Below are positions 9,546 to 16,979 of a stretch of 64,000 nt of DNA, piece after piece. The translations under genes were made by a program, and so were the position numbers. Position 1 is the first letter of the stretch; each line of letters starts with the position of its first letter. Origin of the DNA: an uncultured Candidatus Saccharibacteria bacterium (GTDB taxonomy: Bacteria; Patescibacteriota; Saccharimonadia; Saccharimonadales; JAUPVS01); NCBI GenBank assembly GCA_964410185.1, contig CAYPFM010000003.1, positions 18,437 to 82,436 of the forward strand, in the 5' to 3' direction. The notes under the pieces were generated by a model. It was not told where the DNA came from. It made no database searches and saw only the letters and a program-made list of their open reading frames with translations.

Positions 9546-10382
9546 CTACCTTCGCTTCGCCTGATGACGAGATTTAACAATCATGTTATTGGTACTCTTG
9601 CGGCGACGAGTCTTGTAGCCCAGAGTCTTTTGACCCCAAGGTGTAACTGGTGCGCGGGCCATACGGTGACGACCACCATCACCACCACCATGTGGGTGAT
9701 CAACGGCGTTCATAACCACACCACGGACAGTTGGGCGAATACCCTTGTGGCGGTTACGACCAGCTTTACCGATCTTAATGTTCTGGTGTTGCTCGTTACC
9801 AACGGCACCCATTGAGGCGGTGCACTCTAGGTGAACCAAACGGACTTCGCCAGATGGCAACTTAACCTGCGCGTAGTCGCCTTCTTTAGCGGCTAGTTGG
9901 GCGCGGCCACCAGCTGAACGAACCATTTGGGCACCACGACCGGGCTTGAGCTCGATGGCGTGGATCACTGAACCAACTGGAATGTTCTTAAGTGGCAAAC
10001 GGTTACCCGTCTCGATTGGGGCTTCTTCGTCAGCAGTAATGGTCTGACCGACCTTCATGCCGTTGGCAGCCAGGATGTAGTGGTAGGTACCATTCGATTC
10101 TTTGATACGAGCGATGCGAGCTGAACGGTTTGGGTCGTATTCGATGTGTTCGATAACAGCGGTTGTGCCGTTAGCCAACTTGAAGTTCATGATGCGGTAG
10201 AACTTCTTCGCACCACCACCGATGTGGCGAGTGGTAATACGGCCCTGGTTGTTGCGACCACCACTGCGGGTCTTGATGACGGTCAGGGACTTAACCGGGC
10301 GCTTGGTGGTAATCTCACTCATATCCTGAGTGGTCATACCGCGCTGACCGGGAGTGTTTGGCTTTAATGCTTTAATGGCCAT
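9546..10382 (-). CDS. rplB: 50S ribosomal protein L2
   Basis: 278 aa containing the L2 motif MNAVDHPHGGGDGG. Confidence 0.97.
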   Translation of the reverse strand: MAIKALKPNTPGQRGMTTQDMSEITTKRPVKSLTVIKTRSGGRNNQGRITTRHIGGGAKKFYRIMNFKLANGTTAVIEHIEYDPNRSARIARIKESNGTYHYILAANGMKVGQTITADEEAPIETGNRLPLKNIPVGSVIHAIELKPGRGAQMVRSAGGRAQLAAKEGDYAQVKLPSGEVRLVHLECTASMGAVGNEQHQNIKIGKAGRNRHKGIRPTVRGVVMNAVDHPHGGGDGGRHRMARAPVTPWGQKTLGYKTRRRKSTNNMIVKSRHQAKRR

Positions 10383-10771
10383 TACTTCGTCTCCTTCGCG
10401 TCTTTCTTAGCCTTTTTGTCGGCAGCCTTCTTTAAGGTCTCAGCGGTCTTTTCGGCTTTAGCATCTTCTTCTTCCATGGCAGCAAAGACAGGGATTGAAT
10501 CACCTTCTTTAATGCGGACGTAAGCTTTCTTCAAATCAACGGTTGTGCCAACAGATGGGCGACCACCGCGCTTGTACGTGCGCTTCTTCTTGCCCTTCAG
10601 GTTGCTGATAGTAACTTTTTCGACGGTTACTTTGAACTGGTCGGCGACGGCAGCAGCCACGGTAACTTTGTTGGCATCATTAGGAACCACAAAGACATAG
10701 GTGTTGAGGGCTTGGCTGGTAGCGTAGGCCTTTTCGCTCATGCGAGGCTTTAATGGCATAGAAGTATTCAT
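10382..10771 (-). CDS. rplW: 50S ribosomal protein L23 with a Lys/Ala/Glu-rich C-terminal tail (start codon uncertain)
   Basis: 129 aa. L23 core in the expected position. Several in-frame Met residues lie near the N-terminus. Confidence 0.9.
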   Translation of the reverse strand: MNTSMPLKPRMSEKAYATSQALNTYVFVVPNDANKVTVAAAVADQFKVTVEKVTISNLKGKKKRTYKRGGRPSVGTTVDLKKAYVRIKEGDSIPVFAAMEEEDAKAEKTAETLKKAADKKAKKDAKETK

Positions 10772-11445
10772 TACTTGGCCTCCGCTTTCTTGGCCGCAGG
10801 CTTAGCAGCAGGCTTCTCGTTCAACCAATCACTCACAGCAGTTAAGCCGGCGTTGGTGATGATGATGGAGTGAGCGTTAACAATGTCATAGACGTTTAAG
10901 TAACGAGCCTGGACAACTTTGACGTAGCCCAGGTTGCTGGTAGCGCGGGTCAGTTCAGGAGTCTTAGAGTCAACAACGACCAGGACACCGCGGTTAGCAC
11001 CGAGTTTGTCGAGCAGCTTAACGGCATCAGCAGTTTTACCTGATTTAACGTCGAAAGCTTCGATAACAGCAACTTTGTTGTCGGTAGCAGCCATGCTCAA
11101 GGCCTGCTTCGTAGCACGGCGCTTGGAGCTGGTGGTAATCTTTTGGGTGTAGTTTTCGTGACCGGTTGGACCAAAAACGATACCACCACCGCGCCAGATT
11201 GGGTTACGGCTCGAGCCGAAACGTGCGCGACCGGTTCCCTTTTGCTTCCATGGCTTCTTACCACCACCACTGACGAGACCACGGGTCTTGACGTTAGCAG
11301 CCGCGGAACGGCCATTGGCCAGGTAGGCAACGTAGGCCTGCTTGATGAGTTCGTGGCTGGAAACGTCGACGGCAAAAATGTTCTTGTCGAGCTTGGCAGG
11401 AGTAGTAGCTTTGCTGCCTGATTTTGTATAGGTTGCAATCGCCAT
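10771..11445 (-). CDS. rplD: 50S ribosomal protein L4
   Basis: 224 aa containing the L4 motif GGGKKPWKQKGTGRAR. Confidence 0.96.
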   Translation of the reverse strand: MAIATYTKSGSKATTPAKLDKNIFAVDVSSHELIKQAYVAYLANGRSAAANVKTRGLVSGGGKKPWKQKGTGRARFGSSRNPIWRGGGIVFGPTGHENYTQKITTSSKRRATKQALSMAATDNKVAVIEAFDVKSGKTADAVKLLDKLGANRGVLVVVDSKTPELTRATSNLGYVKVVQARYLNVYDIVNAHSIIITNAGLTAVSDWLNEKPAAKPAAKKAEAK

Positions 11446-12068
11446 TACTTATTCTCCTTCTTTCCACGAATCAAAACGACGCTCTTGCGGGGGCCAGGAA
11501 CGGCTCCAGAAACACCAATGATGTTGCGCTCAGCGTCGATTAACGTGACTTTTAGGTTTTGGATGGTGACTTGTTCGTGACCCATCTGTCCGGCCATCTT
11601 CTTACCCTTAAAAATGTGCTGTGGATACATTGATCCAATTGAGCCTGGTTGACGGGTATTTCCCTTACCACCGTGCGTTTTGCGCTGGCGGTGGAAGTTG
11701 TGGCGCTTGATAGTACCGGCCCAACCCTTACCCTTACTGGTACCAGTAACGTCTACGGCGTCACCAATTGAAAAGACCTCGGTGGTTAGCTGGGTGCCGA
11801 CCTTGAGGTCTTCGGTAATTTCGTCGACGCGGAACTCGCGTACAATCTTTGGCATCACGTTGGCTGGCTTAAAGTGGCCGGCTTGGGCTTTGCCCATTTT
11901 TTTGTCTTCCTCGTAACCGAGCTGAACCGCGGTATAACCGTCGATGGCATCAGTTTTGACCTGCGTGATGGTGCAGGGGCTAGCGGAAAGCAAAGTAATA
12001 GCAGTCACGGTACCGTCTTCTGCGATGGTACTGGTCATGCCGACTTTTCGGGTGATAAGTGCTTTCAT
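11445..12068 (-). CDS. rplC: 50S ribosomal protein L3
   Basis: The L3 sequence begins MKALITRKVGMTS. I trimmed the track ORF (to 12098) to the ATG at 12068, which matches the usual L3 N-terminus. Confidence 0.93.
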   Translation of the reverse strand: MKALITRKVGMTSTIAEDGTVTAITLLSASPCTITQVKTDAIDGYTAVQLGYEEDKKMGKAQAGHFKPANVMPKIVREFRVDEITEDLKVGTQLTTEVFSIGDAVDVTGTSKGKGWAGTIKRHNFHRQRKTHGGKGNTRQPGSIGSMYPQHIFKGKKMAGQMGHEQVTIQNLKVTLIDAERNIIGVSGAVPGPRKSVVLIRGKKENK

Positions 12069-12326
12069 AGTTCTTTCTTTAGTTAGTTTATTGCTCACTA
12101 TTTTTTGAGCATTTGCATAAAAATGCTTGGTTACTAGTGGTTTCTACCTCTGTTATTGGGAGGTGGACCTGCTAATTGACCAAGTAAAACTTTTCTCTGC
12201 AATCTACTCAAAATTGAGATACCATAACAGAGTACCACGCGCCGCCCACTCCTGTCAATATGTTGCAAAAACTACTTCATTCATCAAAGGGTGGCTTTTT
12301 TGGCTTTTTCGTGGTATAATAGCTTT

Positions 12327-12926
12327 ATGTCACTTACCTTGCCGTCCCCTGATTATGCCGGGGCTGTTGATCCAGATCATTTTGCCCGCTTTTGTGGCTT
12401 GTACGAAGCGAGGCCTCGTCGAGCCATTCCAGAAATGGAAGCGTACGACCGCATGCTTGTTCAGGAAGCCGACCTTTTACTCGAACCGGTCAGAAGCAAC
12501 CTCAGCGGGACGACAACTTTTGCTGTTGGTGGTTTCCGGGTCGTCACCTACGAACCGACATTGCCAGATCAATCCTTTGGCGGTTCTTATACTGGGGAAT
12601 GGCATGTCGATGGGGTCCCTGATGACGGAGCCATCGAAACCCTCATTGCTGACATCCAGACAACCGAGGCGTTGAGCGGAGAACTCGATCTGGACAAGCT
12701 TGGCTGGTCAGGCAATCAAGTCGATGACGCTCTAGCAGAAGTATTGGCCGGGCACGATGATCAAACACTGGTCGACGGCTATGGTCTCACCATCCATGAT
12801 GGCATGCCAACACACACCGCACTAGTTTCTGCCGAAAGCTTGGTTCATCGTTCTCCGGCGAATAAAACCGGACAATTAGTCACACGTAACCTTTTGGTCG
12901 CCAAGTTTATTCCAGTCGATAACTAG
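12327..12926 (+). CDS. hypothetical protein (orf211); distant paralog of orf204 with an HxD...H...R signature
   Basis: Long ORF. TATAAT at 12315-12320 lies 6 nt before the ATG at 12327, suggesting a leaderless start. Motifs WHVD, DALAE, LVHRSPA and RNLLVAKF are shared with orf204. No family is securely recognised. Confidence 0.6.
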   Translation: MSLTLPSPDYAGAVDPDHFARFCGLYEARPRRAIPEMEAYDRMLVQEADLLLEPVRSNLSGTTTFAVGGFRVVTYEPTLPDQSFGGSYTGEWHVDGVPDDGAIETLIADIQTTEALSGELDLDKLGWSGNQVDDALAEVLAGHDDQTLVDGYGLTIHDGMPTHTALVSAESLVHRSPANKTGQLVTRNLLVAKFIPVDN

Positions 12927-13201
12927 AGCGCGATTGTTAACCCGAGCGGCAACCACAAGCCTACGAACATTGCCATCAGTAGGACGGCATATTCAATCTT
13001 GCGATCAAGCTGGAAATGTTCGTGACTAGCAAATACCAGCCCGATAATCAGGCCAACCGGTATTGGAATGACGGAGCCGTTACGATCGATACGCACCCAA
13101 AACGAACCAATAATCAGATACATCACCAGCTTTAAGAAGTAGGTGCTATCGATTTCTTTGGTTGGTTTGCGAGTTTTTGATTTCGTTTTAGCTTTAACCA
13201 T
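12923..13201 (-). CDS. small hypothetical membrane protein (orf94)
   Basis: A basic N-terminus followed by 2-3 hydrophobic helices. TATACT lies 7 nt before the ATG at 13201. Its stop shares the tetranucleotide CTAG (12923-12926) with the orf211 stop. Confidence 0.55.
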   Translation of the reverse strand: MVKAKTKSKTRKPTKEIDSTYFLKLVMYLIIGSFWVRIDRNGSVIPIPVGLIIGLVFASHEHFQLDRKIEYAVLLMAMFVGLWLPLGLTIAL

Positions 13202-13245
13202 AAGCAATAGTATAGCAATCTAGGGTGTTATAGACTAACCCTGCT

Positions 13246-13860
13246 ATGACACACCTGTTACCAGAAGGCTTGCACAAAGTAGGCCACGCAGACGAAGACG
13301 TATTTTTGCGCATTGACCAGCTACTCAAAGAAGCAGCTCCAAATACCGAACGCCTATCTTTCGTTAAACTTGCGGGGCACCAACAAAAAGGCTTTTCGGC
13401 CAGTCAACAAGAATCGATCGAGGCCATCTTCACGCCCTTTGTGGCGGACCTCGATACGCCTTACACCGAACTATCTCTGGGCATCGATCTCCGTGGCCAA
13501 GCATACTATGGGCGACAGGAGGCGCAAAGGCAGTCGTTTTGGCATAGCGAAGCATCGTCTCGTTCACTGTCTAACATTGGTCACTTGGGGACCTGGTTTT
13601 TAGTAGATCAACGTTCGTGTAATCCAAACGCAGGGCTTCGTGCTCTCACCGGAACCATGTTGGCGCAAGAGTATGGCATGGATCCGGTCGAGTTAAGCGA
13701 ACTACCAAGCGATGCGTTGGCAGAAGCAGGCTTGGCAATCTACCAAGCTACACCAGGTAGCATTATTGACTATTCTGGAGTTTTGCACCGCGTACCGGCA
13801 GACTTATACGATAACCCTGACTGTGGTCAGAGAATATTCGCGCGCGTAACGGTATTTTGA
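13246..13860 (+). CDS. hypothetical protein (orf204); distant paralog of orf211 with an HxE...H...R signature
   Basis: 204 aa ORF carrying WHSE, DALAE, VLHRVPA and RIFARVTVF. Its stop (13858-13860) directly abuts the convergent rpsJ stop (13861-13863). Confidence 0.6.
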   Translation: MTHLLPEGLHKVGHADEDVFLRIDQLLKEAAPNTERLSFVKLAGHQQKGFSASQQESIEAIFTPFVADLDTPYTELSLGIDLRGQAYYGRQEAQRQSFWHSEASSRSLSNIGHLGTWFLVDQRSCNPNAGLRALTGTMLAQEYGMDPVELSELPSDALAEAGLAIYQATPGSIIDYSGVLHRVPADLYDNPDCGQRIFARVTVF

Positions 13861-14208
13861 TTACATTTTGATTTCGGCGTCGCAGCCGGCTGGCAAGGAA
13901 AGATTCATCAAGCTATCGATGGTCTTTGGAGTTGGCTCCAAAACGTCGATGATGCGCTTGTGAATGCGCATTTCGAACTGTTCACGACCCTTCTTGAAAA
14001 CGTGTGGGCTCTTAACAACTGTGTAAACAGTCTTCTTGGTAGGCAGTGGGATTGGACCGGCAATAGTAGCGCCGGTGCGCAATGCGGTGTCGACAATCTG
14101 CTTGGCAGACTGGTCGATTACTTTGTGGTCGTAGGCCTTTAGGCGAATACGAATCCGCTGCTTACCAACTTCTGTTTTTGGGGCTGGTGTTTTTTTGGCT
14201 TCTGCCAT
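13861..14208 (-). CDS. rpsJ: 30S ribosomal protein S10 with a short Lys/Pro-rich N-terminal extension
   Basis: S10 core [29 protein letters not shown] lies 8 nt before the ATG at 14208. The track ORF start at 14235 is probably too long. Confidence 0.94.
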   Translation of the reverse strand: MAEAKKTPAPKTEVGKQRIRIRLKAYDHKVIDQSAKQIVDTALRTGATIAGPIPLPTKKTVYTVVKSPHVFKKGREQFEMRIHKRIIDVLEPTPKTIDSLMNLSLPAGCDAEIKM

Positions 14209-14311
14209 AGTGATAACTCCTGTGTGAAGTAACATCTTTGGTGCGCTATAGAGAACGACAACAACGACTTTTAGTCTTCACGATTAATTTACTAGCTGAT
14301 TTTACAACAAA

Positions 14312-14656
14312 TCAGTCGGGTTGTCTATCGGGATATCCGTTGACGGCCTGCCGATCTTCGGCGTAAAGGTGTCGCAGCGGTGAACTTATGCGATCCAAGT
14401 TATTCGCCAACGCAGCTGCTTCAACTGGCAGCATCGGGCCGTCATAGTCAACAGGGAAACTAAACGCACCTTCGAGTCTGGCGGCCTCGCCTTCAACATC
14501 GACTTGAGTGCCAGGGTCGACGTGCAACTCCTTCACAACTAATCCAATCAGGCTCCAGGTGTGCACGACGGTTTTTCCTTCGGCAGCTTTTCGAAACTGC
14601 TCGGCCGTTGTCATGGCGAGTGTTTGGCGTACGTCTTCTTGTGTTACTTCTGACAA
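14312..14656 (-). CDS. hypothetical acidic protein (orf114)
   Basis: 114 aa ORF. TTG start preceded by AGGAG at 7 nt. It begins 10 nt after the orf85 stop. No recognisable motif. Confidence 0.55.
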   Translation of the reverse strand: MSEVTQEDVRQTLAMTTAEQFRKAAEGKTVVHTWSLIGLVVKELHVDPGTQVDVEGEAARLEGAFSFPVDYDGPMLPVEAAALANNLDRISSPLRHLYAEDRQAVNGYPDRQPD

Positions 14657-14666
14657 TGCATTACTC

Positions 14667-14924
14667 CTATTCGACTATCCGTTGGACTTGTCGTTCTTTT
14701 GAAAGCTCGATGATAATCCCTTCTACCGCTGCCACTTGAGGATCCCAGTCTAAACGAAGCTGGTCCGGGTAAACGACCGCTCCCTTCCTGACTTCTGGAT
14801 AGTCAGTGTCCCAACAAAATGCCTCGCCAATTCTAACATCGGCCTTTTGTAGCATTCGTCGGTAGGCTGTTTCAGAATAATCACTGACGCCTTCTGCTGG
14901 GGAACCATAACTCATCATATACAT
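14667..14924 (-). CDS. hypothetical acidic protein (orf85)
   Basis: 85 aa ORF. TATAGT (14927-14932) sits just upstream, so the ATG at 14918 (8 nt downstream of it) may be a leaderless start. No recognisable motif. Confidence 0.5.
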   Translation of the reverse strand: MYMMSYGSPAEGVSDYSETAYRRMLQKADVRIGEAFCWDTDYPEVRKGAVVYPDQLRLDWDPQVAAVEGIIIELSKERQVQRIVE

Positions 14925-15023
14925 TTACTATACAACCTTTTGACACATAAGAAAAGACCCCCTCGTGAAGCTACTGTTGCTTGGCTTCTTTTCGGGAGCG
15001 CAGGACAGAGTCATTGCCGAGCA

Positions 15024-15062
15024 CAAAAAATGAGACGTATTTGACATACGTCTCATTTTTTT
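15024..15062 (-). terminator. rho-independent, bidirectional-looking terminator downstream of tuf
   Basis: Perfect 10-bp stem ATGAGACGTA / TACGTCTCAT with a 7-nt loop. It is flanked by an A6 run on one side and a T run on the other, and lies about 50 nt after the tuf stop. Confidence 0.8.
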
Positions 15063-15112
15063 GACGGAGGCTATTGCCTGTCGTGTGCCCCGATAAAGGA
15101 GCGTGGGTGTTA

Positions 15113-16294
15113 CTATTTGGTGATCTTAGTAACAACACCAGCACCAACGGTGCGGCCACCTTCGCGGATAGCGAAGCGCAGACCTTGTTCCATGGCGATT
15201 GGAGCGAGCAACTTAACCTTGAAGGTTACGGTGTCGCCTGGCATGACCATTTCTTTGTCAGCTGGAAGCTCAACTTCACCAGTTACGTCCGTTGTACGGA
15301 AGTAGAACTGTGGCTTGTAGCCTTTGAAGAAAGGAGTGTGACGACCACCTTCTTCTTTGGTGAGGATATAAACTTCAGCATCAAATTCGGTGTGAGGAGT
15401 CACAGTACCTGGCTTAGCCAAGACCTGACCGCGCTCGATATCGTCGCGCTCAATACCGCGGAGCAGGATACCAACGTTGTCGCCGGCTTGACCCTGATCG
15501 AGGTTCTTCTTGAACATTTCAACACCAGTAACGGTTGACTTCTTGGTGTCGCGGATACCGACGATTTCGATTTCTTCACCGACCTTAACGATACCTTGCT
15601 CAACACGGCCGGTAGCAACAGTACCACGACCCTTGATTGAGAAGACGTCTTCGATTGGCATCAAGAATGGCTTGTCGAGTTCGCGCTTTGGTTCTGGAAC
15701 GAAGTCGTCCATAGCCTTAACGAGTTCCATGATAGCGTCTTCGTTAGCAGCATCGCCTTCGAGAGCCTTGGTAGCAGAACCCTTGATGATAGGAGCGTTT
15801 TCGTCGAAACCGTTCTTACCAAGCAGTTCGCGGATGTCCATTTCGACCAATTCGATCAGTTCTGGATCGGCGAGGTCCATCTTGTTCATGAAGACCAAGA
15901 TGCTTGGAACGCCCACTTGCTTGGCAAGCAGTACGTGTTCGCGGGTTTGTGGCAGTGGACCATCGTTGGCAGCAACCACGAGGATGGCGCCATCGATCTG
16001 AGCAGCACCAGTAATCATGTTCTTAACGTAGTCGGCGTGACCTGGCATGTCGACGTGAGCGTAGTGACGCTTCTCTGACTCGTATTCCTGGTGAGAAGTA
16101 GCAATGGTAATACCACGAGCTTTTTCTTCTGGGGCGTTGTCAATTTCGTCGTACTTAATAGGCTTGTTAACGTCGCTAGGAAGCTTCTTAGCCAAAACAG
16201 CGGTAATTGCTGCAGTTAGAGTAGTTTTACCATGGTCAACGTGACCCATAGTTCCTACGTTTACGTGAGGCTTGCTTCGGTCGAAATCTGCCAT
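15113..16294 (-). CDS. tuf: elongation factor Tu
   Basis: 393 aa containing [18 protein letters not shown] and NKMD G-motifs. Confidence 0.98.
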   Translation of the reverse strand: MADFDRSKPHVNVGTMGHVDHGKTTLTAAITAVLAKKLPSDVNKPIKYDEIDNAPEEKARGITIATSHQEYESEKRHYAHVDMPGHADYVKNMITGAAQIDGAILVVAANDGPLPQTREHVLLAKQVGVPSILVFMNKMDLADPELIELVEMDIRELLGKNGFDENAPIIKGSATKALEGDAANEDAIMELVKAMDDFVPEPKRELDKPFLMPIEDVFSIKGRGTVATGRVEQGIVKVGEEIEIVGIRDTKKSTVTGVEMFKKNLDQGQAGDNVGILLRGIERDDIERGQVLAKPGTVTPHTEFDAEVYILTKEEGGRHTPFFKGYKPQFYFRTTDVTGEVELPADKEMVMPGDTVTFKVKLLAPIAMEQGLRFAIREGGRTVGAGVVTKITK

Positions 16295-16403
16295 TTATGT
16301 CTCCTAAAATTATTACTGGTTTAATGTTTTACATACGTGGGGCAACTAGCTCCACGAGAGTTACCGATATATTTTAACGAATCCTACGGTGTTTGTAAAG
16401 GGG

Positions 16404-16961
16404 TTACAGCCAGCGCATGCGCGAGAACGCTTCGGGGGTGGCTAAGCGAGCTACGTCTTGAGCGACGCGGCGTGGTCGTGACAATGGGATGTGCCTGATT
16501 ACTTCGATGGCTCGGGCTTGTCGGGGGTCCTGGCTATTGGTCTTAGAGGCGGCAATACCACTGAAAGTACGTAAAAGATTCCGGCGGTGTGTACCAGGGA
16601 GTTTCGGAGCGTGTTCGATGGCAGTAATCGTATCAGTCGCCGCAACGGTAAGGGTGGCGATGTTTTCGAAGTGGACGTGTTCACGGGTGGCAACTGTGGC
16701 GAGTACTCGAGTGACTATACTGGTCTGCGCCTTACGCAAGGTTACATCCTCAAACGCCCGATCGCCGTATATATTCTTGGACACAGCGAGTTGCTGTAGC
16801 AAGAACATGGTTGGCGTGCCATCTTCGGCCACACCAGGAAATAGCATCGGGTCAAAAAGCGTGTTAGCCCAAATCAGACCACCCTCTTCACACTGTTGGA
16901 TCTGGTCAAAATAGGCGGTAATTGCCGCTTCGTGCGAAAGTGTTTGCTCGCTGCCACTCAT
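16404..16961 (-). CDS. hypothetical protein (orf185) between fusA and tuf
   Basis: 185 aa ORF starting 18 nt after the fusA stop on the same strand. Acidic N-terminal half and Arg-rich C-terminal third. No recognisable motif. Confidence 0.6.
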   Translation of the reverse strand: MSGSEQTLSHEAAITAYFDQIQQCEEGGLIWANTLFDPMLFPGVAEDGTPTMFLLQQLAVSKNIYGDRAFEDVTLRKAQTSIVTRVLATVATREHVHFENIATLTVAATDTITAIEHAPKLPGTHRRNLLRTFSGIAASKTNSQDPRQARAIEVIRHIPLSRPRRVAQDVARLATPEAFSRMRWL

Positions 16962-16979
16962 ATCTTAACTACCAACAGG

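Noticed and set aside
12108-12232. Hairpin AGCATTT-N6-AAATGCT (12108-12127) and 9-bp inverted repeat CTCTGTTAT / ATAACAGAG (12148-12156 / 12224-12232) upstream of rplC, considered as an L4-type autoregulatory leader
   Set aside because: The distal arm overlaps the only plausible promoter (-35 TTGACA at 12253-12258, -10 TACTCT), so it may not be transcribed. The stems are short. No comparison is possible here.
12127-12675. 182-aa plus-strand ORF overlapping orf211 in another frame
   Set aside because: The orf211 frame is longer, has a -10/ATG arrangement and shares motifs with orf204. The alternative frame starts with TTG inside the rplC upstream region and looks like noise.
15074-16001. Plus-strand ORFs of 154 and 163 aa antisense to tuf
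   Set aside because: These are shadow frames of a highly conserved gene. The translated sequences are Ser/Thr/Pro-rich noise.
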